DNA from: Acidobacteriota bacterium
Lineage (GTDB): Bacteria; Acidobacteriota; UBA6911
Assembly: GCA_963664705.1 (NCBI GenBank)
Contig: OY761556.1
Span: forward strand, 1,280,001-1,344,000
DNA: 64,000 nucleotides
Direction of reading: 5' to 3'
In this document: piece after piece, positions 49,258-59,337 of the stretch
How the letters are laid out: each line of letters begins with the position of its first letter
Numbering within the stretch: position 1 is the first letter of the stretch
Program-made: the position numbers and the translations under genes
Notes under the pieces: model-generated
What the model saw: only the letters and a program-made list of their open reading frames with translations
Databases searched by the model: none
What the model was told of the DNA's origin: nothing

Positions 49258-49309
49258 GCCGCGAATTGCCCGAGCCTTCAATGGCCGCGGGTAATTCGCG
49301 GCGTTTTTT
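49258..49309 (+). terminator. hairpin plus T-tract (intrinsic terminator candidate)
   Basis: GCCGCGAATTGCCCG ... CGGGTAATTCGCGGC followed by GTTTTTT. Confidence 0.6.
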
Positions 49310-49324
49310 CGCTGAAATTTTTGC

Positions 49325-50824
49325 TTATGGAGCGGCTTTCCAGTTGATCGTGATGGAAGTGTATTTCTGATTCCCGCTGTACAGGATGATCAGTTTCCAC
49401 CCGTTTGTCGCGTTTGGCAGTTGGCGGATGACGACCTCCTTCGGGTCCACCTCAATCGAAATCGGTCTTCCGGGGAACTGTCCCTCGATAGCTCCGATGG
49501 AAGCCTGTTGATCCTCAAGAATCAATACCGAATTTTTCTGCAGTTCACCTGTCCAGATGATCGTGCCCGAGTTGAGCTGGGCCGGCTGTGCCCTTTTGGG
49601 CGCGGGCTTTGATGGCTTGAGAGCCGCCGCGGATTGAGCAAAACTCACAGGCTGTGTGACGGCTGTACCGGGGCGGTCCGTTTCGTTTCGGAGTTCCTGT
49701 TTTTCGGAAAGGACCGGTTGGACCGGTGCGCTTGCAGTCGTCGTCAGCGGCCGAGCAGCAGGTATGGGTTCGGGCGCAGCCGTTGTGCCGACCGTGCTTG
49801 CCCCTTCTGAAGCTGCGGGCGGTTGCCCTGGAGCCGGAACCTCAGGGTTGTGAATGCTCTTCATTGCGAAGAGGAGGATCCCCAGCAGGACAGCGGCGGC
49901 AATAGTCGCCAGCCACGCGGTTGATGAGATTTTTTTGCGGGCTGCCGGATTTGCCGATGGCTCAATTCTTGGCGGGGCAGTCGGAGATGCTGAAATGCTC
50001 TCCCTGTCTTTGCGCTGGACAAAGGCGATTTCCAGTGCCTGCACGAAATCCAGGCAATTGTCGAACCGATTCTGGGGATCTTTCGAGAGAGCTTTTTTGA
50101 ATACAGCGAGTAGCGACGGGCGGAAGCCCGATTTATCGTAATCCGGCTCCTCCCATAGAATTTTTGCCAGCAGTCCCGTCAGGGTTGAGGCAACGAAGGG
50201 AAGACTTCCGGTCAAAATCCGGTACGCAACGACCGCGAGCGAAAACTGATCCGAGCGGCCATCCACCTCGCGGCCCTGTGCCTGTTCGGGAGACATATAG
50301 CTCGGCGTGCCGAGAACAAATCCCGATTGCGTCATGGAGGCGGATGCCGTGAGCTTCGCAATTCCAAAATCGGCGACCTTCACCCTGCCATCTTCACAAA
50401 TCATGATGTTCGAGGGCTTGACGTCGCGGTGAATGATCCCCTTGCCGTGCGCATAATCGAGAGCATCGGCCGTTTGTCTTAGGATTGGGAAATATTTTTC
50501 GGCGTGCTCCGGTGAATCGGAAGCGAGCAAGTCTTCGAGGGGCCGCCCCGCCACGAACTCCATGACGATGTAGGCGTCTTCGCCCTGTTCGCCAATATCG
50601 TAGATGGTGATGATTCCAGGATGGGACAGGATTCCCGCCGATTGAGCTTCCCGATACAGCCGTTTCGTCAGTTCGTCGTGATTGTCGCCGCTATCCAGCG
50701 AACTGAGGCGGATCGTTTTGATGGCTACCGAACGGCCGATCAGATGGTCCGTCGCAGCGTAAATGACCCCCATCGCACCGCGGCCCAGCTCTTTCGTAAT
50801 CTTGTATCTGCCAATCTGTTCCAA
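49325..50824 (-). CDS. transmembrane Ser/Thr protein kinase
   Basis: LGRGAMG, VAIK, HRDVKPSN, DFGIAK, GTPSYMSPEQ, TM helix, Pro/Ala linker. Confidence 0.92.
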   Translation of the reverse strand: MEQIGRYKITKELGRGAMGVIYAATDHLIGRSVAIKTIRLSSLDSGDNHDELTKRLYREAQSAGILSHPGIITIYDIGEQGEDAYIVMEFVAGRPLEDLLASDSPEHAEKYFPILRQTADALDYAHGKGIIHRDVKPSNIMICEDGRVKVADFGIAKLTASASMTQSGFVLGTPSYMSPEQAQGREVDGRSDQFSLAVVAYRILTGSLPFVASTLTGLLAKILWEEPDYDKSGFRPSLLAVFKKALSKDPQNRFDNCLDFVQALEIAFVQRKDRESISASPTAPPRIEPSANPAARKKISSTAWLATIAAAVLLGILLFAMKSIHNPEVPAPGQPPAASEGASTVGTTAAPEPIPAARPLTTTASAPVQPVLSEKQELRNETDRPGTAVTQPVSFAQSAAALKPSKPAPKRAQPAQLNSGTIIWTGELQKNSVLILEDQQASIGAIEGQFPGRPISIEVDPKEVVIRQLPNATNGWKLIILYSGNQKYTSITINWKAAP

Positions 50825-50843
50825 GGCGCGTCTCCGCGGTCAA

Positions 50844-51953
50844 CTAATCCGTGACACGAAAGGTAAAAATCTTGCCTGATTTTGTGCTGGATACGTCGGC
50901 GCCGGCCAGCAGAAAACCGTACTCTCCCTCATTCAATCCAGGCAGTTTGATCGAATAGCCGCGGCTAGGCATCTTTGTGCTTTCGTATTTGACCAGATCT
51001 CTCGTAGCTCCACCCGAAGAGCTGAAAATGCCTCCCACAACCGCGAGAAATTCGCGGGCATCCCGCTGCTGCTGTAAATGAATCAGCTGATATTCCGTGA
51101 TCACCACCCCTTCGGGCGGGATCACCAGGAATTCCAGCGGAGATTTCAGGACATTGGCGCTGTGCGCTCCGGTGACTCTGCCGTTCAGGTCGTTCTGGAC
51201 AATGCCGGCGGTTGCCAGGCGCGCAAAGGCTCCGCCCGTGCGATAGGTGACGATTTCGGGTTGCAGATCAACCCATTGTTCGGCTTTTTTTACATACACT
51301 CCCGCCTCCGTGGGGATTTTAACCGGTATCGCGGGAGCGGTGGTTTCGGCGGGTTTCGGCAGAGGTTCTTTGGGCGGGATCGGTTTGACGGAGGCTTCCA
51401 GAAAGGCGTGCGTGGTCGGAGCGGTCTTCACTTCCGGCAGCCTGGTCGGGTTGAGCAGGACTCCCATGAGCCGGTCGCTGACCCCGTTTTCTTTGAGGCT
51501 CACCATTCCGTTGACCGAGAGGTCAAAATTACTTTGACTTTCCAGCACCTTGGAAATGATGACATCTTCATGGATCCCCACCTTCACCAGTTTGATGATG
51601 GATTCATTCGTCAGGACCTCGTCCGACCCCACCATCATCAACACGATGTCGATGCGCATCGTCTGAGATCCGAGGATCGCGGCGCCCGTGCGGATGTAGG
51701 GTTTGAATCCGCGTACCGAGGTGGAGATCTGATAAATGCCGGCCGGCAACTGCGCGGTGTAATTGCCGGAGGCAGTGCTCGATATCTGGTGCGACAACCC
51801 CGAGTCGGTATTCCTTATTTCAATCCGTACTCCCGGCATGAGGGCCCCGGCGGAATCGGTCACCGTGCCCGTGACGGTGCCGAGATCGCCTTGTGCGCAG
51901 ATCGATCCCAGTGCCAGGAGTAGAAAGGTGAATCCAAACCGGATGATAGACAT
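50844..51953 (-). CDS. secreted carboxypeptidase-regulatory-like domain protein
   Basis: signal peptide, GTVTDSAGA.MPG, LTNESIIKLVK, Pro-rich linker. Confidence 0.78.
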   Translation of the reverse strand: MSIIRFGFTFLLLALGSICAQGDLGTVTGTVTDSAGALMPGVRIEIRNTDSGLSHQISSTASGNYTAQLPAGIYQISTSVRGFKPYIRTGAAILGSQTMRIDIVLMMVGSDEVLTNESIIKLVKVGIHEDVIISKVLESQSNFDLSVNGMVSLKENGVSDRLMGVLLNPTRLPEVKTAPTTHAFLEASVKPIPPKEPLPKPAETTAPAIPVKIPTEAGVYVKKAEQWVDLQPEIVTYRTGGAFARLATAGIVQNDLNGRVTGAHSANVLKSPLEFLVIPPEGVVITEYQLIHLQQQRDAREFLAVVGGIFSSSGGATRDLVKYESTKMPSRGYSIKLPGLNEGEYGFLLAGADVSSTKSGKIFTFRVTD

Positions 51954-52196
51954 GGCGCATATCCTCTTGAATGGCGTGGATCCGGTGCTGCCCGAGTTTC
52001 GCTGTTGAGGTAGCCTCGCTCAACAGGTAAAGAATCTACACAGAAAGATAAGGCGTGATGGTAAGACTTTTGATGAGTTAAATATGTTGACGGCAATCCT
52101 TTGATGTCAAGAGAAATATGGCGTGTGGATCGGGACAAAACCGCTAAGAAGCGACTTCCGGACCACCGGCGATTAGTGTATTATTCTGCGGTCAGC

Positions 52197-52273
52197 GCAC
52201 CCGTAGCTCAGTTGGATAGAGCGTCGGACTTCGAATCCGCAGGCCGCCCGTTCGAGTCGGGCCGGGTGCGCCA
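52197..52273 (+). tRNA. tRNA-Arg(UCG)
   Basis: acceptor GCACCCG/CGGGTGC, anticodon loop CT-TCG-AA, GTTCGAGTC, encoded CCA. Confidence 0.93.
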
Positions 52274-52373
52274 GCTTACTTATTGCCGCTGTTGCACTTA
52301 TCTGCCTGCTTCATTGGATCCTCCGTCCCGCCTTTTATTGCTTGCAGGATAGTTGCAGGAATTCGGGTCTTAC

Positions 52374-53498
52374 TTATGCGGTTTGGGACTGCTCCGTTTC
52401 ATTTTGTTCTTTCGGCTGGAGTGCTGCTTCCAGGGCAGCCATAGCAGCCTTTTTGTGAGCCGGGGCAAGATGCGAATAACGCAAAGTCATATCAATCGAT
52501 TTGTGACGCATGATCTCTTTTACGGACACGAGGTCAATTCCAGCCATAACCAAGTGCGATGCGCAGGTGTGTCGAAGTATGTGGAATGTCACTCCCGCCA
52601 ACTTGGCATTCTCCACCGCTTTCTCGAACTGCCTCTTGAGGTCATAAAAGGGCTTGTCTGAGGTCTTTCCTGTAAATACGTATTTGGAATCCAGTCGACG
52701 GGGAATGGAACGTAATGTCTCCAGAGCTGTTGCAGTGAGTGGAATTGTAGACCTTTCTCCATTCTTCTGGTCGGATCCTGTTAGCTCGATGAATTTATCC
52801 CGAAGATTGACGTTATCCCATTTCAAATTGAGGATCTCCCCTCGTCTCATGCCAGTGTGAATGGCCAGAGTAACGACCTGCTTCATTGTTTGGGAAGGGC
52901 AGGCCTCAATAAGCTGTTTGCACTCTTCGGGTGTGAGGTAACGCAAACGACGGTTATTTTCTTTTTTCAGTTTTACTCCCTTAGCAGGACTTTGGCTTAT
53001 CCACTCCCACTCGGTGGCTTTTGTGAACATGTGCTTCAAAAGGGCCATCTCGCGATTGACAGTTGCAGGTTTCAGGACCTCGCCACTTTTTGTTGATAAG
53101 GACGAAAGCCGATCTGCCTGAAAGTTTTCCACCTTCGCTCGGGTTATGGTCGAGAGTTGAGTGTCTTTTTTAAAGATGTCTTCGATAACCTTTGCGCGTT
53201 GTTTCTTGCTCCGGACGTCCTTTTGCCCGATCTTCTCGCACCACTTTAAATATTCGGTCTTGAGGTCACCAAAGGTCTTTTTGCACTCCTTCTTTTTATC
53301 AAGGTATTTGCCTTCATCTATAAGCGATGTGATCTTGTGCAGATTGGCTTCTGCAGATTCGGGAGTCGCGTATGTTTCCCAGATCTTGTGTCCCTTGTAA
53401 GTTGTATCAATGATCCACCTTGTTTGAACCTTTCCATCCTTCTTATGTTTTTTTCCTGCCCGCTCTCTTATTCCTGGCGGCAACTTCTTCTTACTCAT
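52374..53498 (-). CDS. tyrosine recombinase/integrase
   Basis: TGMRRGEI, FHILRHT, IMRH, TLRYSH. Confidence 0.94.
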   Translation of the reverse strand: MSKKKLPPGIRERAGKKHKKDGKVQTRWIIDTTYKGHKIWETYATPESAEANLHKITSLIDEGKYLDKKKECKKTFGDLKTEYLKWCEKIGQKDVRSKKQRAKVIEDIFKKDTQLSTITRAKVENFQADRLSSLSTKSGEVLKPATVNREMALLKHMFTKATEWEWISQSPAKGVKLKKENNRRLRYLTPEECKQLIEACPSQTMKQVVTLAIHTGMRRGEILNLKWDNVNLRDKFIELTGSDQKNGERSTIPLTATALETLRSIPRRLDSKYVFTGKTSDKPFYDLKRQFEKAVENAKLAGVTFHILRHTCASHLVMAGIDLVSVKEIMRHKSIDMTLRYSHLAPAHKKAAMAALEAALQPKEQNETEQSQTA

Positions 53499-53694
53499 GC
53501 TTTATTCCCCTTTCATTTAATGACTCAAGCAAGTGAATAAACTTTGCTGCCATCTGAGAGACCTCACGGCCACCGTTTTCCCAATAACACACCGATGAAC
53601 GATTGACCCCCAGTTGGCGAGCAAACTGACTTTGCGTCAAACCCAACTTCTTTCTAATTTTTTCAACTTGTTTGGCTGTCATGAGTGTTGTCAT
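53491..53694 (-). CDS. XRE-family helix-turn-helix regulator
   Basis: IRKKLGLTQSQFARQLGV...WENG; overlaps the integrase start. Confidence 0.85.
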   Translation of the reverse strand: MTTLMTAKQVEKIRKKLGLTQSQFARQLGVNRSSVCYWENGGREVSQMAAKFIHLLESLNERGIKHE

Positions 53695-53868
53695 AGACAA
53701 CACAATAAAACTTGCTGCGATTTATTGTCAAGCGGTTTTCGTTTGTGTGAAAATTTTTTCATCAATATTATTTCTGCCGTAATACGGCAGAAATGCAGCA
53801 GCCCAGGCGGAGGCTGATTAGCTTTTTCCCAAACTCAAGTTCATGGGCTTGACCCTGCATTCTCCAGG

Positions 53869-53975
53869 TGCGAAGGTTGCGAAGGGTAAAGAGGGGTCTC
53901 CAGTAAAGTATTTATAGTAATCTCTCGCGATAGATACTTTATAAAAACACCCTCTTGCCCTTCGCAACCTTCGCA
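53869..53975. other. large palindrome, candidate replication origin
   Basis: 18-bp perfect IR TGCGAAGGTTGCGAAGGG plus an inner near-perfect AT-rich IR, just downstream of the primase. Confidence 0.6.
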
Positions 53976-53992
53976 GGCAACCACCTTCGGGA

Positions 53993-56566
53993 TCACTGCC
54001 CGACTTGAAGATCACGGACGAGGTGCAAATTTTGGTTCGCCGTGTACTCCTCAAGAACTATGTCTTGATGTCGGATTCGTATACCAAAATACACTGCTAG
54101 TCTCGACCGAGGGTGAAGTCCTCGCTCGATTCTAGGGCACGCAGCAACCATTCGACGGAATTGAGTTTTATTGGGTTCTCGATAGCCCCCCAGCCGACAA
54201 TATCCACAAAAGATCTGATACAGATCGTCTGGACGCAGCATTTCAGAACGGGGCGCTTTTTCCGTCCGCTCATCAAGGAACTGGCCGAAAATATCGTTTT
54301 CGTCTCGATACTCCTTGCCAGCTTTGATTACATCAGGAGGCGTGCCAAGCCCGCCGATCCGTTGCCATTCAAGGCAACCTTGTACCGCCCAATTGAGAAT
54401 GCCGGGTGCCTCTTCCTTGAGCTTCTCCAGAAGATTGGCATCAACATCCTCATCGGGAATGCGAACGTCAAAAGGTATTAGGCGGATCCGGTCCCAGATT
54501 GCTTCATCCGTGCCCCTAACGTCTGGTTTGTGATTGCAATCGAGAAAAATATGATGAGTAGGGGCAAATTCGGTATAGCCCTGATACAGCCCCCTCGCCT
54601 TAACAGTGTTTCCTCCAGTGAGCAGCTTGATAGTTGATTCGGCCAAAGCTTGCCCATCCTCGGTTTCCGAGGATGTAACAAACCGCAAGCCCCTCAAATC
54701 CGCGAACTCGGGCGTAGCATTCAGCCCGCCCCCGTTCTTTTGCGACATTAAAGCCCGGATTGGAATCTGACCGGCATAGTCGCCGAGTACAAAGCGGATT
54801 ATCTCCAGTAGAGTTGTCTTCCCATTCCGACCCCCGCCCTGGAGCACAAACAGCACACGCTCGCTTTGCTGCCCGGTAAGGCTGTATCCGATGGCTCTTT
54901 GCACGTAGGAGATAAGATCTTGTTTCCCTGCATAGATCTTGTTCAGAAAAGCATGAAACAACACGCTCTTTGCCTCCCGATCATACACCACAGGCGCAAG
55001 CTTTGTGATCATATCTGCCTGCCTCTGCGGGTAGCAATCGCCGGTCCTAAGATCGATCGTTCCATTTTCACAATTTAATAGCCAGTTGTTGGAATCAAAA
55101 TCTTCTGGCTGTGCTTCTATCTCTGGCTGACTTTCTCCAACCTTCATCATTGCCTTCAGACGTTGCTCCCCCAGAGATTTCAATCCATGTGCAGATTGGC
55201 TCCGCTGGAATGCAGGATCGGCGTTATTAAGCGCATCCTGATACACCCCCTTGGCGACATCCTGACACATGCGGGAAACCGCCTTCTCGGCCTTCGGCTC
55301 CCACCTCTTGCCGGTCCACGCGAGCCAGCCCCAGCCGGTAACATGGCGCACTTCCGCCCCGTGACGCTCAGCAAAAATACGAGCGTTACCCCAATCGGTG
55401 AGTTGTTCTTTCCCCCCAGCCTGGAGGGTTGACCTGTTGTTCAAGTTGATCGGCGATGTAATCCGCCTCCAGTTGGGGCACGCGGAGCAGTAAGGCTCCC
55501 CCCCATTCTGGCGGATATTCACACAGGTTCGCGGGCCGAAACTCCAAATGCGGTCAAGCTCCGCTTCTGTTTCCTTGCGGGTGTACCCCGGATAGGGCTT
55601 GCTCCACTCATGCGCTAATTCTCGCCCGCCCTCGCATCGGCCGACAATCTCAAGCATGATCTTCCATTCGGGGTTAGGAAGGATGGCTGCATCATCCCGG
55701 TAGTGTCGGACACACGCGCACCCCTCAAGTATTGGTTCAATCCGATCAGGAGGACGATTGAATTGGGCGTTTGCATCCCCACCGGATCCCCGTTCCGCCC
55801 GATGCCCCCCCACCGTTTCCGGCGAATTACCCTCCAGGAGAAAGGGCTCAAAGCCGCTCGGGTTGTACCGACACTCAGGATGCCATTCGATAAGCTCCAC
55901 GGGTCTCGGTTGTTCAAGCTTCCGGTTAAACGTTCTCGGCAAACGAAGAACCCTGGCAAGATCTGGGGTACTGTCAATCTCCCATCCAAATGTTGAAGCT
56001 TGAGCTTGAAGGGTAGACTGGAATCTTGACGATAACTTGGCGGCTTCCCGCCATTCATCCTTGCCTTCAAAAATCCACGGTTCTCGAAATAAATAATAGG
56101 CGTGTATGCCGCCACCGGACGAGATAAGGATCGTAGGCTTCAGCGGCAGGGCTTCCAGTATTCTGCGGGCATCTTGCATAGTTGGAGGCAAATTCTCCTT
56201 TGTGTGTCCCGGACCCTTTACGTCAATCTCAATCCAGAGTCCAGGGATTGCTGATACCTTCTCGGCCCCCGCCCTCCCCGTCTGGGGGTGCAGGCCCAGA
56301 CCGAAGTACACATCATGCGTTTGGCTTAATCGCTCCGCTTCCTTCCCGGCTTGCTCCCAGTCCGAAACAGCGAACGTTTTGCCTCGCCAGTCTCGCTCGG
56401 TGCAGATTGCAATGTACCCATGCAAGTCCTCATCGCCGAATAAACAGCGAAGAAACTCACCAGGGGTGTGGGGTGTTGCCGAAGAACCGGCTCCCCCTAC
56501 AGCAGGAGGAGCCGATATTTCAGGAACAGTTTCTACTTCGTCAACTTCGCAAATATTGAAGGCCAT
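53993..56566 (-). CDS. primase-helicase (AEP/RepB-like primase, Cys-cluster domain, D5_N, P4-type SF3 helicase)
   Basis: WIEIDVK, SGGGIHAY; TDWGNA; LNCENGTIDL; Walker A GGGRNGKTT; NHKP; AIWDRI. Confidence 0.9.
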   Translation of the reverse strand: MAFNICEVDEVETVPEISAPPAVGGAGSSATPHTPGEFLRCLFGDEDLHGYIAICTERDWRGKTFAVSDWEQAGKEAERLSQTHDVYFGLGLHPQTGRAGAEKVSAIPGLWIEIDVKGPGHTKENLPPTMQDARRILEALPLKPTILISSGGGIHAYYLFREPWIFEGKDEWREAAKLSSRFQSTLQAQASTFGWEIDSTPDLARVLRLPRTFNRKLEQPRPVELIEWHPECRYNPSGFEPFLLEGNSPETVGGHRAERGSGGDANAQFNRPPDRIEPILEGCACVRHYRDDAAILPNPEWKIMLEIVGRCEGGRELAHEWSKPYPGYTRKETEAELDRIWSFGPRTCVNIRQNGGEPYCSACPNWRRITSPINLNNRSTLQAGGKEQLTDWGNARIFAERHGAEVRHVTGWGWLAWTGKRWEPKAEKAVSRMCQDVAKGVYQDALNNADPAFQRSQSAHGLKSLGEQRLKAMMKVGESQPEIEAQPEDFDSNNWLLNCENGTIDLRTGDCYPQRQADMITKLAPVVYDREAKSVLFHAFLNKIYAGKQDLISYVQRAIGYSLTGQQSERVLFVLQGGGRNGKTTLLEIIRFVLGDYAGQIPIRALMSQKNGGGLNATPEFADLRGLRFVTSSETEDGQALAESTIKLLTGGNTVKARGLYQGYTEFAPTHHIFLDCNHKPDVRGTDEAIWDRIRLIPFDVRIPDEDVDANLLEKLKEEAPGILNWAVQGCLEWQRIGGLGTPPDVIKAGKEYRDENDIFGQFLDERTEKAPRSEMLRPDDLYQIFCGYCRLGGYREPNKTQFRRMVAACPRIERGLHPRSRLAVYFGIRIRHQDIVLEEYTANQNLHLVRDLQVGQ

Positions 56567-57298
56567 CTATGCTACCCCCTGACTGAGTCTCTCGATCTCC
56601 TGACTGAGTACCTCATAGGCTCGATGGAATGTTATGGAATCCGCAAGGCGGTGACGCCTGTTCCTGATCTGATAGAAATCTTGCTCCACAATTGCCCTTT
56701 GTACTTCCGTCGCTGTGACGGCCCTTGCAGCCGATATCAACCACCCTCTTGTTTCGCTCCAATCTGGGACTTTATTGGGTTCCACGTAGAGGCCGGAAAT
56801 AAATCTCTGTGCAAAATCGATTTGATCTGTCGGCAGTTGATCCTTGAATTCCACATATCCCGTTCTTGGATCTTCGATGAAGAGCACATAATTCGAATAT
56901 CCGGTAATAGGATCCTGTGTGACCAATAGGTCGGTGATATCAAGGCCGAGGGCAGTGCCAGCTCGTTTTAGCCCCCAAGCGGGCTCCGAAACAAACTCCC
57001 TGCATTTCTGGAGTTCAGGGCCTGGCACCCCCAAATTGACCAGCTCCGGGTACTTTGTTCGCCACCGGGCTAGACCCTCATCCGACATATGGTAGATGAG
57101 GCGTTTCTTCACTGGCTTGGTGGCTGCGATTGAATCCGGCTGGCTGGATTCACCTTGACTCGGATGATTCTGCTCGATCATAATGTTATCCTCGATAAGT
57201 TGATTGACATTGGCCCGGGTCGCTTTACCAGAGCGAGATCGGGCCGTTTCTTTTTGCTGAGACATTCCCAGACTGTCCGCACTATGCAACCCTGACAT
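56567..57298 (-). CDS. hypothetical protein
   Basis: GGAGG RBS; abuts the primase and overlaps the Xis-like gene. Confidence 0.7.
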   Translation of the reverse strand: MSGLHSADSLGMSQQKETARSRSGKATRANVNQLIEDNIMIEQNHPSQGESSQPDSIAATKPVKKRLIYHMSDEGLARWRTKYPELVNLGVPGPELQKCREFVSEPAWGLKRAGTALGLDITDLLVTQDPITGYSNYVLFIEDPRTGYVEFKDQLPTDQIDFAQRFISGLYVEPNKVPDWSETRGWLISAARAVTATEVQRAIVEQDFYQIRNRRHRLADSITFHRAYEVLSQEIERLSQGVA

Positions 57299-57500
57299 TA
57301 CTAACCTCCATGCCCCGTAACCATGCCTCAAACGATTCGGGCCGCACTCTGAAAGTGCGCCTCTCCGCTCCCTCGCAGATAAGCAGGGTGCCGGGTATCT
57401 GGCCCGTAACTAGCATTTCCCAAACTTTGGAGCGAGATATACTTAAGCGACGAACTATGTCGGAAGGCTTCAAAAACTGTTGTTGCTCAGTCATACACAC
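57282..57500 (-). CDS. excisionase/AlpA-like HTH protein
   Basis: FLKPSDIVRRLSISRSKVWEM...GQIPG...FRV...FEAWL. Confidence 0.8.
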   Translation of the reverse strand: MCMTEQQQFLKPSDIVRRLSISRSKVWEMLVTGQIPGTLLICEGAERRTFRVRPESFEAWLRGMEVSNVRVA

Positions 57501-57575
57501 AATTCTCCTTCTCTGCCCATGGGTTTAAGCGAGCGGCAACAGGGCAGATAATGCCTGCTCGCATGAACTCAATTC

Positions 57576-58139
57576 CTAAGATTGTGCGGATTCTCCAGGT
57601 AGACCATCTCCAGCGGGCAAAGAGAGCTTTGCAGGCGTTATATCAATGATCCGGTTTCGTTCATCAAGCCGCCTCTGATCCCGGGCTGTAAGGGTGATCT
57701 CAATCTTTGTGTTTGCCGGGAGTACAAATGCAGGCTGCTGAGTGCTCTGCGTGAAATCAGCCCCTTGCCCGATCTGTCCGGTGAGCCTCGCAACAAATTC
57801 GAGATTGGACCTGATTTCTTTCACGGCTCCAAGACATACCTTGAGGTTCTGGGCTTTCTCGGCCCGCTCCAAGACGCGCAGAGTCCTTTGTGTGAGGTTC
57901 TCCAGCCTTTCAAGCAGTGCGGTCCCGCGCTCAATTTCTGCCTGCTCTCGTTGTTTGGCTATCCCTGCCTTAGCGGCTTTCTCAAGGGAAGTTGAAACGT
58001 GATTTTTAAAATGCGCATGTACCACCGATTTGCTCAAACCATACCGTCCTGCTATGACCCGGACAGACGTCCCGCTTGCTAATAGTAGGTCGATATTTTC
58101 GTGCTCAATATGGGTACATGCTCCGCATGGTCTTGGCAA
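57576..58139 (-). CDS. CxxC/HxxxH HTH protein, possibly terminase-small-subunit-like
   Basis: TTG start after GGAGG; CGACTH...VIAGRYGLSKSVVHAHFKNH followed by coiled coil. Confidence 0.6.
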   Translation of the reverse strand: MPRPCGACTHIEHENIDLLLASGTSVRVIAGRYGLSKSVVHAHFKNHVSTSLEKAAKAGIAKQREQAEIERGTALLERLENLTQRTLRVLERAEKAQNLKVCLGAVKEIRSNLEFVARLTGQIGQGADFTQSTQQPAFVLPANTKIEITLTARDQRRLDERNRIIDITPAKLSLPAGDGLPGESAQS

Positions 58140-58504
58140 ATCTGTCCTCCCAAAATGAAATTTCCAGGCCACTCAGGCACTTATCTTTTAAGCCCCCCCT
58201 GGAGGTATCTCGCTTTCAAATTTCACAAGTAACAAACTTCATTATTTCATGGGTTCCAGACAAAGGGTGGACACCGAACCAAAGCTGAACAGGCATGCTT
58301 TACTAAATCGAAGAACCAACATGAACTCGGCATCCGTCATAACTCTCCTCTTCATACTTAGCCCCCTCGCGTTGGTTTTTGTCGGGGTGCTGTCGCCTAA
58401 ATATTTGCAGGGAAAGTGGATGCAATTATCGCAAAGGTCTCTTCGAGAATTAATGTGAGGGGTGGGGATGCTGTATTGGATTGAAGGGTGAAGCAGTTAA
58501 ATAA

Positions 58505-59029
58505 TTATTCCTTGATCTTTTGCCATTTTTCGCCGGTATCCGTGCTGGCGGATTTCCTTGCTACTCTATGCTTTTCTTTTCTCTGCATATGGGCTGAACG
58601 GTCAATGCGGTCCTTTGCTCTTTTTAGATGTTCAATAACGGTGGTCCTGTGAACTCCCAATTTTCTTGCGATATCAGAGGGGCTCAAACGGTATTCCCAG
58701 CTGAGTGAGGCACATTCTTGCTGCTTCTCTGTAAGCTTTGCGTCGGCAAACATGTTGGAAAGGTCGTGGATTTTAATCAGCCTTTTCTTCAAACTACCCT
58801 TAGGAATCCCCCCTGTGGTGGCCTCCTTTTTTGAAGCATCGCGGAGAATTGCCCTGTACTTCTCCGCGTCAGCCTTGTCTCTCTGCCTTTCAATCTGTTC
58901 CGGGTGAACACCTTGCTGTCTCAGTATGTGTTCGCTTATGGCTTTCACCAATTCGTCCCTTGCATGTTCCTGCTCTGAACGATTGGCCTCTTTCTTCGAG
59001 TTATTCATAAGTCCAACCTGACAATTCAT
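58505..59029 (-). CDS. sigma-70 region 4-like HTH protein
   Basis: LTEKQQEC...LSPSDIARKLGVHRTTVIEHLKRA. Confidence 0.7.
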   Translation of the reverse strand: MNCQVGLMNNSKKEANRSEQEHARDELVKAISEHILRQQGVHPEQIERQRDKADAEKYRAILRDASKKEATTGGIPKGSLKKRLIKIHDLSNMFADAKLTEKQQECASLSWEYRLSPSDIARKLGVHRTTVIEHLKRAKDRIDRSAHMQRKEKHRVARKSASTDTGEKWQKIKE

Positions 59030-59337
59030 CCTGAGAATTAGTTGCTGACCGGGTACGCTGCATAGCCTATCAAATTAACCATGTCGAACACACTATTTCA
59101 TTACCGATCGAGCATATTTTTTCATCCAAAAGGCAGCAGGATGTTGTGTGATTTGTTCAGTGGTGCCCCCTTAAAATACAGTTCGATACTGGCCCAGAAG
59201 AAACCAATTTGCCCCTTATAGTTAAAGTTATTAGGAATGGGATTTTTCTTAATAGCAGCACGCCAAAAATGAGCTACAATCGCCGAAACCTAAACAAAGC
59301 TCGCGTTATTGCGGGAAGTGATAGCTCGGAATAGATC

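Noticed and set aside
58249-58458. Small hydrophobic plus-strand ORF in the island
   Set aside because: Short, no clear RBS, opposite to its neighbours; could be a membrane peptide but is unsupported.
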